A stretch of 63,887 nucleotides of DNA, the filler included, from Caldilineae bacterium (lineage in GTDB: Bacteria > Chloroflexota > Anaerolineae > DTLA01), in NCBI GenBank assembly GCA_037446815.1. It is 7 parts of 7 records of this genome, joined end to end, with 100 filler letters (N's around TTAATTAATTAA, not from the genome) between each part and the next. Parts side by side here need not be neighbours in the genome. Positions count along the whole stretch, not along the records: positions 10,398 to 20,586 come from JBBIHX010000104.1; 6 more parts are not named here. One strand, written 5' to 3'. This document shows, one piece after another, positions 10,398 to 20,686 of the stretch (positions within the stretch are counted from its first letter, which is position 1; every line of letters starts with the position of its first letter). The notes below the pieces were generated by a model. That model worked only from the letters and a program-made list of their open reading frames with translations. It ran no database searches and was not told the origin of the DNA. The translations under genes and the position numbers were made by a program.

Positions 10398-10585
10398 CGC
10401 CCGTCGGGACAGCGCGGGGGTGAGGGCGGCGCTCCCTCGCCCGTCGGGACAGGGCGGGGGTGAGGGCGGCGCTCCCTCGCCCGCCGGGTGAGGGCGGGGG
10501 TGAGGGCGGCGCTCTCCCTCGCCCGCCGGGAGAGGGCCGGGGTGAGGGGCGAGATTCCTCACTGCTCCGCGGCTCAGAATGACAG
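10398..10585. repeat. tandem REP-like units (CCCTCGCCC..GGG.GAGGG..GGGGTGAGGG) plus a type-B half-site
   Basis: Four imperfect ~40-bp units at the contig start. Confidence 0.75.
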
Positions 10586-10661
10586 TGTCCGGGGACTCCT
10601 TCGGGCGCCCCGCCCCTCGCCATGACGATCGCCAACGGATTTCGGAACGAATGGACACCCC

Positions 10662-10811
10662 GAGTCGGTTCCAAAGTTTGTTGGTGGCTGTCATTGCGAG
10701 GGCACGCAGTGCCCGAAGCAATCTCCGGGGCGTGGGATTGCTTCGCTTCGCTCGCAATGACACACGAGGAGAGTGCGCCTACGGTTCACCAACACAAGAT
10801 GAAACCGACTC
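10662..10811 (-). mobile_element. MITE copy, type A, no TSD visible
   Basis: TIRs GAGTCGGTTCCA / TGAAACCGACTC; flanks GACACCCC and AGTGCTGG differ. Confidence 0.9.
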
Positions 10812-10922
10812 AGTGCTGGCCCCCTCTTGCGTTTCCACCCATCCTTGTGCATAATACGCCCACGATGGACATCCCACAGCGCAGGCAAGCCCCGCCGCTT
10901 GCCTGGGAAAGGAGCATCCGCC

Positions 10923-11438
10923 ATGCATCCTCTTGTCCAACTGGCCAGACAGGCGATCACGGCCTACGTCCGAGATCGCAAGCGAATTCCTCCGCCTCCG
11001 CCACACGAGTTGACGCCGGAAATGAAGGAACAGGCTGGCGTCTTCGTTTCCATCCACACCAAAGACGGCGCGCTGCGCGGCTGTATCGGCACCTTCCATC
11101 CCACCCAGCCCAACGTCGCCGAGGAAATCATCAGCAACGCCATCTCCGCCGCAACCCGCGACCCGCGCTTCTATCCCATTGAGCCGTCCGAACTGGACGA
11201 CCTGGACATCTCCGTGGACGTGCTCACCGAACCTGAACCCGTGAACAGCATCAAGGAACTGGACGCGAAGAAATACGGCGTCATCGTGGAGAGCGGCTGG
11301 CGCAAGGGGCTGCTCCTGCCCGACCTGGAGGGCGTGGACACGCCCGAACAGCAAATTGACATCTGTCGGCGCAAGGCCGGCATCGGCCCGAAGGAGCCGG
11401 TCAAACTGTACCGATTCCAGGTCAGGCGCTACCACTGA
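10923..11438 (+). CDS. amrA: AMMECR1-domain protein (AmmeMemoRadiSam protein A)
   Basis: GVFVS..LRGCIGT, RDPRF, GLLLP motifs; promoter TTGCGT-17-CATAAT at 10827-10855. Confidence 0.92.
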   Translation: MHPLVQLARQAITAYVRDRKRIPPPPPHELTPEMKEQAGVFVSIHTKDGALRGCIGTFHPTQPNVAEEIISNAISAATRDPRFYPIEPSELDDLDISVDVLTEPEPVNSIKELDAKKYGVIVESGWRKGLLLPDLEGVDTPEQQIDICRRKAGIGPKEPVKLYRFQVRRYH

Positions 11439-11469
11439 TTGGAGCGCAGGCGATACCGCCGCAGTCCGC

Positions 11470-12711
11470 CTAACGTCGCCGAATGCGGAACATCAGCAGC
11501 GCGCCCGCTAGTGCGCTGACCGACGACACCACGAACAGCACGGCGTAGCCCATGTACGCGCCCGGGCGCACCGCATTCAGGCCGTCAATCAGCGGCCCGC
11601 CCAGGCGGCTCACCGATGCGGAGCCCGCGGTGGCGATGTTCGTCAGGCCCATGTACAACCCGGCTTTCTCTACCGGAATCAGGTCGGTCGCCAGCGCCCA
11701 GTTTACGCTCACGAAAATGCCCGTCGCGATCCCGATGATGGCCCCGACCCCGTACAGCGACGGGATATTGTTCACAAACAACAGCAGGAATATGCCGAGA
11801 GCGGCCAGAAGGCCCGCGCCGATATTCAGCATTCGGCGGCCCACTCGGTCCGACAGCCACCCGGCGGGAAACACCAGCGCCGTCAGCGCCACGCCGATGG
11901 TCGCCATGAGGTTGCCCGTAACCTCCGGCGCATTCGGCACGGCCAGGCGGTCGCGGATGAAGTACTGGGCAAACGTCTGCACCGCGTAGATGCCCAACAA
12001 AATCAGAAAGCGCGAGGCGATGAGCCAGGCGTAGTCGGGATACTCGCGGATGGCCGCCACGACCCGAGCACGCCACGAGGCCCGTCCCGACGAGGCCGGG
12101 TTCCCGGCCGGGGTCGGGACAGCGGCCACGTCCGAGGCCTCGGGCGTGCCCAACACCGTCGTGAGGGCGCAGGCCGCCAAAATCGCGCCGATGATCGCGA
12201 AGGCCAGCGCGGGGTTATCCTGTCCCATCAGGTTCCCCGCGACCAGCGACGCGACGATGAGGCCGGCCATGTCAAACAGGTTCTTGTAGCCCGAGGCCAG
12301 GCCGCGCCGTTCGGGAGGCACCAGGTCGGGAATCAACCCCTGGGCCGGGCCGTGGGCCATATTGGAGACCGATTGGAGCAATAGGTAGGTGATCAGCAGG
12401 ATCCAGAACCCGCCGGCCGCGTTCATGCCGGCCAGCACCAGCAGCGTGGCCACCGTTCCCGCCACCATCCAGGGGCGACGCCGCCCCCAGCGCGAACGCG
12501 TCCGGTCGCTCCAGGCCCCCGACAAGGGCTGGATGATCATGGCCAAGATGAGGCCGGCGAAGGTCATCCCGCCAAGATACGTGTTTTTCAGCGCATCGGG
12601 GACAAACCGCAACAGAAGCGCAGGCAGGATGATAGGATGCAAGGCATTCCACATGAAGGCGAGACCAAACCAGTACACGTTCATGATGACGTAGTGCCGA
12701 GCCTTGAGCAT
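11470..12711 (-). CDS. MFS transporter (sugar/GPH-like)
   Basis: GAWSDRTRSRWGRRRP and GWLSDRVGRR MFS motif A; about 12 TM segments. Confidence 0.9.
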   Translation of the reverse strand: MLKARHYVIMNVYWFGLAFMWNALHPIILPALLLRFVPDALKNTYLGGMTFAGLILAMIIQPLSGAWSDRTRSRWGRRRPWMVAGTVATLLVLAGMNAAGGFWILLITYLLLQSVSNMAHGPAQGLIPDLVPPERRGLASGYKNLFDMAGLIVASLVAGNLMGQDNPALAFAIIGAILAACALTTVLGTPEASDVAAVPTPAGNPASSGRASWRARVVAAIREYPDYAWLIASRFLILLGIYAVQTFAQYFIRDRLAVPNAPEVTGNLMATIGVALTALVFPAGWLSDRVGRRMLNIGAGLLAALGIFLLLFVNNIPSLYGVGAIIGIATGIFVSVNWALATDLIPVEKAGLYMGLTNIATAGSASVSRLGGPLIDGLNAVRPGAYMGYAVLFVVSSVSALAGALLMFRIRRR

Positions 12712-12759
12712 CGCGCCCTCCTTGACGACAGAGTTGGAGCCGACGGCATAATACCACGA

Positions 12760-13542
12760 GTGCCGCCTGCGAATCAAGTGCCGCGCTACCCCCGCACCTG
12801 GCGCATCGCGGGAGGAATCGCCTGGTCGGCGCTGGCCCGGCGACACCGCTCTTTCGTGCGGGACGCGCGTCGCGCCGTGGCCGCCCTGCGCCCGCCGCCC
12901 GAGGTGCTAGGGGGCGAGCATGTGCCCCCCACAGGCCCCTGCCTGGTCGCCTGCAACCACTACAGCAGGCCAGGGTTCCAGGCGTGGTGGCTGGCCTTCG
13001 CCATCACCGCCGCCGTGGCCGACCGCCGCGCCCGACCCGAACAGGCGAACTTTGCCTGGGTCATGACCGCGGCGTGGCGATTTGAGCGAAGCCGGTGGCG
13101 GCATCGGGTGCTCACGCCCACCAGCCGCTGGGTCTTCGCCCAAATCGCCCGCGCCTACGGGTTCGTAACCATGCCGCCCATGCCGCCCGCGCCCGATGAG
13201 ATGCAGGAGCGCGCCGTCGCCGTCCTGCGCACGCTGCGCCTCGCCCGGCAGTTGGCGCGAAGCGGCGGCATCCTAGGCCTGGCGCCAGAAGGGCGCGACG
13301 TGCCGGTGGGCCTGGCAGAGCCGCCGCCTGGAGCGGGCGCGTTCATTGCCCTGCTCGTAGAAATCGGCATGCCCGTGCTGCCCGCGGCGGTGAGCGAGGT
13401 CGGCGGCCGACTGCGCGTCGCCTTTGGCCCCCCGTTCACGCCCACCATCCCCGGCGACCGCGCTGCGCGCGACGGCGCCGTCGCCGCGCAGGTCATGGAC
13501 GCCATCGCCCGCCTACTCCCCGAAACGCCCCGGCAGCAGTAG
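12760..13542 (+). CDS. PlsC-like lysophospholipid acyltransferase (start uncertain)
   Basis: LVACNHYS and LAPEG motifs. Confidence 0.75.
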   Translation: MPPANQVPRYPRTWRIAGGIAWSALARRHRSFVRDARRAVAALRPPPEVLGGEHVPPTGPCLVACNHYSRPGFQAWWLAFAITAAVADRRARPEQANFAWVMTAAWRFERSRWRHRVLTPTSRWVFAQIARAYGFVTMPPMPPAPDEMQERAVAVLRTLRLARQLARSGGILGLAPEGRDVPVGLAEPPPGAGAFIALLVEIGMPVLPAAVSEVGGRLRVAFGPPFTPTIPGDRAARDGAVAAQVMDAIARLLPETPRQQ

Positions 13543-13592
13543 GGGCAGGTCTGAGACCTGCCCCGAGACCCGCCCTCCCCGAGACCCGCCCC
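13539..13592. repeat. GTAG-type REP palindrome (GTAGGGGCAGGTCTGAGACCTGCCCC); related copy at ~44513-44541
   Basis: GTAG foot plus palindrome immediately after a stop codon. Confidence 0.65.
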
Positions 13593-13625
13593 TTCAGCCC
13601 CGTCTCAATCGCACCCCCTCCGAAT

Positions 13626-13774
13626 GATTCGGTTCCAAAGTCTGTTGGTACTTGTCATTGCGAGGGCGCGGAGCGCCCGAAGCAATCTCTGGGGCGTGAG
13701 GTTGCTTCGCTTCGCTCACAACGACATACGGGGAGAGTGTCCATGCGTTTCACCAACACAAGATGGAACGAGTC
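13626..13774 (-). mobile_element. MITE copy, type A, with a 16-bp flanking duplication
   Basis: CGCACCCCCTCCGAAT at 13610-13625 and 13775-13790. Confidence 0.9.
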
Positions 13775-13922
13775 CGCACCCCCTCCGAATTGACAGGTAG
13801 CCTGGCGGGTGTACAATGTGTTAGCCCTACGCACCGCTGAGCGCCGCTACGTCCATCATCCTCAGCAAGGCCAGGACGAGCCTGGTAGGAGCACCGTCTA
13901 ACCCATCCGAGGAGGTACAACT

Positions 13923-14723
13923 ATGAGCACCAAACCGATCTTTGTACGGGCCATCAGCGGCTTGCTGGCGATTGTCCTCATCACGTCACTGGCCGCTTGC
14001 GGAGGAGGCGCGAAGTCCACGCCCAGGCCCACCGACACGCCGGTTCCCACGCCAACGCCCGTGCCCACCGACACGCCCGTTCCCCCCACTCCGGAGGAAA
14101 CGGCCGTCGCCGACGAACTGGACTCGCTCATCAGCCACCTGGCGCTCCTTGCGCCCGTCCACGTCGTCAGCGTCCTGACCCAGACGGAGGGCGACAACGC
14201 ACCAAAGGTTACCAAGACCGAGGCCGATATTGACGCCGCGGGCAATCAGCGCATCCGCCTGTACGACGGCGACACCATGACCGCCGAGATTTTATTCGTG
14301 GACAAGCAGATGTACATGGGCACCGGCGAGAACCAGTACGTGGCCTTGGGCCCCCAGGACGACCCATGGATCGCCCTGACCATCTACGGCGGCGCGTTCC
14401 TGCTCATGTTCAACAACCTGCAGGAAGCCGAGTTCGTCGGCAGGGAACAGGCCAATGGGTTCAGCACGAACAAGTACCGGGTCCAGATTGACCTGAGCCA
14501 GTTCGGGCTTTCCGGACTCATAGCCGGGCAGCAGGGCGCTGTCCTGGACTACGAAGGCTTCGCCTGGGTGGAGATGAACGCCAAGGCGCTGGTCAAAGCC
14601 CAGGTGCTCTACCGAGCCAAGTCCACGACGGACGAGAAAGTTACAGAGATACGCACCGAGTTTGACGCGGTGAAGGCGGACGTAGCCCCCATTGAGACGC
14701 CCACCAACGTCATCGGGCAGTAG
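13923..14723 (+). CDS. lipoprotein with PT linker (LppX/LolA-like fold possible)
   Basis: Lipobox LAAC; SD GGAGGT; promoter TTGACA-16-TACAAT at 13790-13817. Confidence 0.8.
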   Translation: MSTKPIFVRAISGLLAIVLITSLAACGGGAKSTPRPTDTPVPTPTPVPTDTPVPPTPEETAVADELDSLISHLALLAPVHVVSVLTQTEGDNAPKVTKTEADIDAAGNQRIRLYDGDTMTAEILFVDKQMYMGTGENQYVALGPQDDPWIALTIYGGAFLLMFNNLQEAEFVGREQANGFSTNKYRVQIDLSQFGLSGLIAGQQGAVLDYEGFAWVEMNAKALVKAQVLYRAKSTTDEKVTEIRTEFDAVKADVAPIETPTNVIGQ

Positions 14724-14806
14724 CCCAAGACGCGATCAGGCACCAGGCCGAAGCCCTGCGGGCTTTCACCAGCCCGACAGGGCTTCGGCGTTTCTCGCGC
14801 CGGGGA

Positions 14807-15859
14807 TCAGCCGGCCATGCCCCTGCGGTATATTGCCCCCAACTGCCGCGCACACCAATCCCAGCGCGGCTCCACGGGCCACCGCGCCCGGAATTCGCGC
14901 AGCGCGGACAGGTCCAGGTCGGCGGCCACGAGCGCACCCGCGTCGCAGGACTCCGCGCGCGCCAGCACCCCATCCCCGCCGACCAGTTCCACTGGCCCGA
15001 CGACCGACGACTGCCCGCGGAACGGCATCCCTAACACATCGCCCACCATCATCGCGTGGACGCCGTAGCATGGCGACTCCTGCACCCGACTCCACACGCC
15101 CCGCAGTTGGTAGTACCAATTGTACTCCGCGTTGATGTCCGCCGACGGGTTCAGCAGCACCTCCGCCCCGAGCAGGTAGGCGATGCGCGCCGTCTCCGGA
15201 TACGTGTAGTCCATGCACACCGGCATCGCCAACCTGCCCACGGGCGTGTCGTACACCTGGATGAATCCGCCGCGGGTCAGGCCCATGTGAAACTCCTGGC
15301 CGTAGAAATGCGCTTTGGGCTGGTGGCCCATCTCAAACCCATCCGGGCCGAAAAGGTACGCGGTGTTCCGATGGGTGCCGTCGCTCCCTGCGGCAATGGC
15401 GCTGCCCGCAACGATGTGCACGCGGAACCGCCGGGATAGGTTCTGGAACACGAACCGGTACACCCGCGTAGCCGTGGGCGCGAGCAGGCGCGTAATCACG
15501 GCCAACATACCCGCGTCATCCGCCCCGGAACCGGCCCGCGCCGCCTGGGCCTCAATGCCGGGCACCAGCCCCAGCAGCGGCACAAACCCCACCAGTTCGG
15601 GGAATACGACCAACTGCGCGCCGGCCTCCACCGCCCGCAGCGTCCATCCATGGCACTCCCGCGCGTAGTCGGCGGGCGAGCGGAACAGGCGCGCCGGGAA
15701 CTGCACCGCGGCCACGCGCACGCGCTCTTTCACGTCGTCCGGCGGCATCGCCTGCGGGTACGAGGCGCGCGCCAGCCAATCGTGCGCGGCGCCGAGCCGG
15801 CCTCGCCACCGAATCGCCAGCCGCGCCGCATAGAGCATCGCCGTGTCTGTCGCCCTCAT
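14807..15859 (-). CDS. carbon-nitrogen hydrolase (nitrilase superfamily), intact E-K-C triad
   Basis: VVFPE, QPKAH, MPVCMDYTYPE. Confidence 0.85.
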   Translation of the reverse strand: MRATDTAMLYAARLAIRWRGRLGAAHDWLARASYPQAMPPDDVKERVRVAAVQFPARLFRSPADYARECHGWTLRAVEAGAQLVVFPELVGFVPLLGLVPGIEAQAARAGSGADDAGMLAVITRLLAPTATRVYRFVFQNLSRRFRVHIVAGSAIAAGSDGTHRNTAYLFGPDGFEMGHQPKAHFYGQEFHMGLTRGGFIQVYDTPVGRLAMPVCMDYTYPETARIAYLLGAEVLLNPSADINAEYNWYYQLRGVWSRVQESPCYGVHAMMVGDVLGMPFRGQSSVVGPVELVGGDGVLARAESCDAGALVAADLDLSALREFRARWPVEPRWDWCARQLGAIYRRGMAG

Positions 15860-16674
15860 GTCTGCGACTCCTTGCGGTACAGCGACAGCAACTGTCGGCG
15901 ATACAGGGGGAGATTCATCTCCGCGAGGATGTTGTACTTCTGCACAAGGGCCGCCCGCGCGCCAAAGTCCAACCTTGCCACCACCACCGCCTCGGCCTCG
16001 GCGCTGGCGGCGCGGGCGAGGATGCCCATGCCGTCGGGCGTCATCTCCACCGGTGCCAGCACGCACGAGCGCCCCACGAGGCCCGCCCCCACCGGATACG
16101 CCTCAATGCCGAAGGTCTGATTCGCCTGCACGGCCCGCCACAACCGCGCCAGCCATGCGCCCTCCGACGCGCCACGGAGCGCGCCCACGTGAATCAGCAC
16201 ATCGGCGCCCAGCAACGTCAGCGCGCGGCTCACCTCCGGCACCAGCACATCCGCGCCCACCAGCAGGCCTACCGCTCCCGCCGGCGAGTCAAACACGCGC
16301 AGTTCCTCGCCCGGGGTGTACATGAGCGCGCGGTCTTCGCGGCTCATGTGGACTTGGCGCTGGACCCCCACCAGGCGGCCGTCGTCGGCGAACACGTGCA
16401 GGCATGGGAACACACGCCCTTCGCCGTCGCGCTGGGGGCCAACGTCGGCCACAAGCCACAGGCCAAATCGGGCCGCCAGTTCGCCCGCGCGCGCCAGCGG
16501 CCCGTCCCAGACCTCATCCCACCCAGGGCTGCCCGACAGGACGGCCAGGCGCACCCCTCGGCCCGCAAGGCCTGCCAGCAATGTCGCCCAGTACGCCGCC
16601 CATGCCCCGTCCGACGCGAACGTGAACTGCCGCCCTTGCAGCGCAGCGACGACAACACGGCGCTCCGAAGCCAC
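15856..16674 (-). CDS. nitrilase-fold protein lacking catalytic residues
   Basis: Fold motifs present (VFDSPAGAVGLLVGADVLVPEVSR, VQANQTFG, VVARLD) but triad positions read VLSG / QRQVH / VGAD. Confidence 0.75.
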   Translation of the reverse strand: MASERRVVVAALQGRQFTFASDGAWAAYWATLLAGLAGRGVRLAVLSGSPGWDEVWDGPLARAGELAARFGLWLVADVGPQRDGEGRVFPCLHVFADDGRLVGVQRQVHMSREDRALMYTPGEELRVFDSPAGAVGLLVGADVLVPEVSRALTLLGADVLIHVGALRGASEGAWLARLWRAVQANQTFGIEAYPVGAGLVGRSCVLAPVEMTPDGMGILARAASAEAEAVVVARLDFGARAALVQKYNILAEMNLPLYRRQLLSLYRKESQT

Positions 16675-16678
16675 TCGC

Positions 16679-17965
16679 CTACTCCGACGCCGCAGCCGTT
16701 GCCTCGGCCCGCTCGCGCATCACGCCCCGCAGCCGCTCGGCATCCTGGCGAATGTGCCGCGCCACGCCCAGGAACAGCGCCGCGCACACCAGCCACGTGC
16801 TCACGCAGATGGACAGAATCGCCGTGCCCAGCGAATACCGCACGGCGATGTAGCCCGCCAGCGCGGGAGCAATCGCCGATCCGATATTCTCAATGAAACT
16901 CAGCGTCGCCTGGGCCGTACTGCGGACTTCGGGCTCGGCCACGTCGTGGATGGTGGCCTGCACGTTCGGCGCGGCGATGGACATCGTCAGCCCCGTCAGG
17001 CACATGAAGACCATGAACGGAAGCAGTTGCCCCGACGGTATGCTCAACGTGATGGTCAGCAGGATCGCGCCCAGGAGCACGCCCGTGGCCCCCGTGAGCG
17101 CGCGGCCCCGATAGTCCCGCTTGAAGAAGAAATCGCCGATGGTGCCGCCCACGAAGTACCCCGCCGACAGCGCCAGAATCGCGATCATCATGATGCTGGT
17201 CGTTTGGCCAGTGCTGAACCCCCGCTCCGTCTCCAGGAAGCGGAAGAACCAGAACGTGATGACCTGCCACGGGAACACGCCGAAGAACCCCTGCGCAAAC
17301 AGGAAGAGCAGAGACTTGCGGCGGAACAATCCCAGGGCTACTTTGCGGTCAAAGTGGAAGGTTGGGATATCCTCCAATCGCGCCATCTCCGGCTCGGCCT
17401 TGCCCCTGCGAGGTTCTTTCAGGCCGAAGAACAGCACAACGGCGAGGAGAATCCCCAGGCTGCCTGTGAGGATAAACACCTTGCGCCAGCCCAGGGTATC
17501 CCGCAACATGCTGGCCAGAATCATCCCCAGCATGTAGCCCAGGGGCATGGCCGTCTCCAACAACCCGTACACCTTGCCGCGGATATTCGGCCCAAAGTAG
17601 TCCGCGAGCAGGCTATAGACGCCTGGGTAACTGGAGTCGTCAATGCCCGTGGACGAGCGCGTGATGAGGAAGGTGGTGTAGTTGGGAGCAATGGCATTGA
17701 GCCACGTGGTAGAGCCCCAGATGAACGATGCCAGCGCGATGAGTTTGGCGCGGGCGTATCGGTCGTACAGGTAGCCCCAGACGGGGTACATAATCGCCGC
17801 TACAAGGATGGCAAAACTGGAAACCAACCCCATCTGCGCCTCATTGATACGGAACTCCTCCATGATGGGCGTGGTCAGCGGGCCGATGAGCAAGCGGTCA
17901 GCCTGGTGAAGCAGCATGAAAAAGAAGAACATCAAGACGACAAACCACCGGTACCTGGATTTCAT
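16679..17965 (-). CDS. MFS transporter (spinster/ACS-like)
   Basis: HQADR, WGYLYDRYAR, about 12 TM segments; operonic with the nitrilase pair. Confidence 0.9.
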   Translation of the reverse strand: MKSRYRWFVVLMFFFFMLLHQADRLLIGPLTTPIMEEFRINEAQMGLVSSFAILVAAIMYPVWGYLYDRYARAKLIALASFIWGSTTWLNAIAPNYTTFLITRSSTGIDDSSYPGVYSLLADYFGPNIRGKVYGLLETAMPLGYMLGMILASMLRDTLGWRKVFILTGSLGILLAVVLFFGLKEPRRGKAEPEMARLEDIPTFHFDRKVALGLFRRKSLLFLFAQGFFGVFPWQVITFWFFRFLETERGFSTGQTTSIMMIAILALSAGYFVGGTIGDFFFKRDYRGRALTGATGVLLGAILLTITLSIPSGQLLPFMVFMCLTGLTMSIAAPNVQATIHDVAEPEVRSTAQATLSFIENIGSAIAPALAGYIAVRYSLGTAILSICVSTWLVCAALFLGVARHIRQDAERLRGVMRERAEATAAASE

Positions 17966-18014
17966 TCCACTCCTCCCCAAAGCAAGTGTAGGTTACCGCA
18001 TGGATGTCCGTTGG

Positions 18015-18164
18015 GATTCGGTTCCAAAGTTTGTTGGTGGCTGTCATTGCGAGGGCGCGGAGCGCCCGAAGCAATCTCCGGAGCGTGGGATTGCTTCGCT
18101 TCGCTCGCAATGACACACGGGTAGTGTGCGCCTGTGGTTCACCAACACAAGATGAAACCGAATC
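18015..18164 (-). mobile_element. MITE copy, type A
   Basis: Perfect TSD TCCGTTGG at 18007-18014 and 18165-18172. Confidence 0.93.
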
Positions 18165-18182
18165 TCCGTTGGCGCGGCGCGC

Positions 18183-18716
18183 TTACGATGTCTGTGCGGG
18201 CTTCTCACCTCCTTCCGACGGGTGGTGATGCCGCTGGTCGGCCCCCTTGACCTCTCGCAACAGTTCCACGGCATGGGGGAGCGCGGGCAGGATGGTTTCC
18301 AGATTCTCCTTCACGGCCTTGGGGCTGCCGGGGAGATTCACGATGAGCGTGCGCCTCCGGATTCCCGCCACCGCGCGCGACAGCATGGCATGGGGCGTTA
18401 CGCGCAGGCTCGCGGCGCGCATGGCCTCCGCCAGCCCAGGGGCCTCCCGCTCCATGACGGCCCGCGTGGCTTCGGGCGTTACATCGCGCGGCGCGAAGCC
18501 GGTGCCGCCCGTGGTCAGGATCAGTTCCAGGTCATCTTCGTCGCACCAGCGGCGCAAAATCGCGGCGATCTGCTCCTGCTCGTCCGGTACCACCGCTGTC
18601 TCCGCCACATCGCCGCCCAGCGCCGAGCGGACAATGTCGGCGATGACCGGCCCCGCGCGGTCTTCGTACTCGCCGCGTGAGGCGCGGTCGCTGATGGTTA
18701 GGATTCCGACGCGCAT
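18183..18716 (-). CDS. mog: molybdopterin adenylyltransferase (MogA/MoaB family)
   Basis: [32 protein letters not shown]. Confidence 0.93.
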   Translation of the reverse strand: MRVGILTISDRASRGEYEDRAGPVIADIVRSALGGDVAETAVVPDEQEQIAAILRRWCDEDDLELILTTGGTGFAPRDVTPEATRAVMEREAPGLAEAMRAASLRVTPHAMLSRAVAGIRRRTLIVNLPGSPKAVKENLETILPALPHAVELLREVKGADQRHHHPSEGGEKPAQTS

Positions 18717-18750
18717 GTGCCCCTCCGAATCGTTGGTCTCGCGGGCGCTG

Positions 18751-20493
18751 CTACTTCTTCAGGAACTGCCGCCACTCGCCGTGAAAGCCGTCTTCGCTCA
18801 CGCCATAGTAGTAGTGGATGCGGCCCGTGCGGTCGCGCTGCACCAGGTTGTACCGGCGGCGGCTGCCGCTGCCGTACACCTTCCACAGGCCGATGTCGCC
18901 CTGCCACGTGATCTTGTCGCCGGCCACGGGCGCCTCTTCATGCTGCATAATCGCCGACCGCCACAGCCTGCGCGCCGACTTTCGCGTTACGTTGGTAACC
19001 ACGTTGCCGTTCCGCAAATCCATCAGCGAATGATACATCGTGCCCTTGCGCTCTTCGGACTCCACGATCTCCACGCCGGTGCGGGGCGGCGCAATGCGGA
19101 ACAGCGGCTCCTCCTCCTCGGCAGCGGGCGGCTCTGCCACCGCCTCTGCTTCCGCGGGCGGCGGCGCTTTCTCTTCCAGCGCCCGCTTCACCAACTGGAT
19201 GATCTCGTCGCGCAGCGCCAGGCTCGTCTCCGACTCGTGCCGCACGTAAATCTGCGTGCCCTCCACCGAGTACGGAATGTCCGTGCCGCGCGGAACGCTC
19301 ACGCGGACGATCTTCTTGCCCTGCGACTCCAGCGTGTCTATCGTTACGTCAACCGGCGGAGCAACCTTGCGCTGAATCTCCGCCTTGACCAGGGAAGCCA
19401 CCTCTTCGGGCCTGTCCACCCCCACCGGCGGCGTCTTCGCGTTGGGGCTGACGCCGATGAAAACCGTGCCGCCGTTGGTGTTCGCGAAGGCCACCACATC
19501 GCACACAACCGCGTGGAGCCTGCCTCCCTTGCGCGCTGCCGACTCAAAGAAGGACTGCACGATATTCGGCCCTTCCTGCCTGGCTGCCATCACATGGTCA
19601 AAAGGCTGCTTCGCAGGGCGGTACGGGCGGGTACGGGCAAAATCATCGCCCAGGAATAACTCCTTAATCGCCGCGAACGTCGTCTCGGGCAGGAGCAGCT
19701 CCGTGATGCGGTCGCCCACGCCCAGCAGCCGCTTGTCCTTGGGGTCGGCGGTCAGGCGGTGCGCGTCGGATCCCTGGATGCAGTGCATTCGGCGCGGGTA
19801 TTCGGGCTTGGAGCCGCTGTAGAACGACGCCGTGCTGCGGCGCTTGCCGCTCTCCAAATCCGTTACTTCCAGCGCGTGCAGGTTGGGGTCTTGCGTGTAC
19901 GCGATCTTCGTCTGCCCGCCGAAATCAAACCCCTGCATCGCCACGCCGTGGCTGGAATTGGCGTGGGCCGCGATGACCAGCGCGCCCGCCTGCGCCATCT
20001 CGCGATAGGCGGTCAGCACGTCCGTGGTAGCGCCCACCTCGGTACTGCCGTCGTCCAGTTTGTCCGCCGGAACGTTCAGGCGAAGCAGGAGATGCTCAAT
20101 CTCCCGAACCGTGGCATCCTCGGGGAAAATGGCCAGGATATGAAAGCCCAGCGTGGCGGTGAATTCCACGCCGGGCAGCACCAGAATCTTGCCCAGAAGC
20201 CGCCGATACTCCTCCAATCGCGCCTTTTCGTCCGGCTGCAAGCGATTCAGCCGCTCCAGGAGTTCCAGGCTCTCAATCTCCTGGCGCATCGCCGCGTAGC
20301 CTCGCACAGTATTGTGATCCGTAAAGGCGATGATGTCCAAGCCGCGTTCCTCGGCGCGGCGCAGGATGTCCAGATAACCCACATTCGGCTCTTGATAGTC
20401 GGCCGAAGCGGGCGTGTGTACGTGCAGGTCGGCCTTCTTCCATTCTAACTGCATACTACCGGTCTTCTTAGTACCTCTCATACATTCTCTCAA
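18751..20493 (-). CDS. PHP-domain + AlbA_2 (Schlafen-like) + unknown C-terminal domain protein (start may be 20481 or 20454)
   Basis: [28 protein letters not shown] (PHP); [16 protein letters not shown] (AlbA_2). Confidence 0.85.
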   Translation of the reverse strand: MRECMRGTKKTGSMQLEWKKADLHVHTPASADYQEPNVGYLDILRRAEERGLDIIAFTDHNTVRGYAAMRQEIESLELLERLNRLQPDEKARLEEYRRLLGKILVLPGVEFTATLGFHILAIFPEDATVREIEHLLLRLNVPADKLDDGSTEVGATTDVLTAYREMAQAGALVIAAHANSSHGVAMQGFDFGGQTKIAYTQDPNLHALEVTDLESGKRRSTASFYSGSKPEYPRRMHCIQGSDAHRLTADPKDKRLLGVGDRITELLLPETTFAAIKELFLGDDFARTRPYRPAKQPFDHVMAARQEGPNIVQSFFESAARKGGRLHAVVCDVVAFANTNGGTVFIGVSPNAKTPPVGVDRPEEVASLVKAEIQRKVAPPVDVTIDTLESQGKKIVRVSVPRGTDIPYSVEGTQIYVRHESETSLALRDEIIQLVKRALEEKAPPPAEAEAVAEPPAAEEEEPLFRIAPPRTGVEIVESEERKGTMYHSLMDLRNGNVVTNVTRKSARRLWRSAIMQHEEAPVAGDKITWQGDIGLWKVYGSGSRRRYNLVQRDRTGRIHYYYGVSEDGFHGEWRQFLKK

Positions 20494-20553
20494 CTCGCAA
20501 TGTGCAAGCCATATCGCCGGCAGAACCGGCCGACTTTACGGCTTGTCCAGGTT

Positions 20554-20582
20554 ATTGTACCATAGAATGTGCACATTATCAA
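20554..20582 (-). promoter_or_regulatory. sigma70 promoter of the PHP-AlbA gene with a palindrome in the spacer
   Basis: Minus strand TTGATA-17-TACAAT; AATGTGCACATT at 20566-20577. Confidence 0.65.
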
Positions 20583-20686
20583 AGAANNNNNNNNNNNNNN
20601 NNNNNNNNNNNNNNNNNNNNNNNNNNNNNNTTAATTAATTAANNNNNNNNNNNNNNNNNNNNNNNNNNNNNNNNNNNNNNNNNNNN

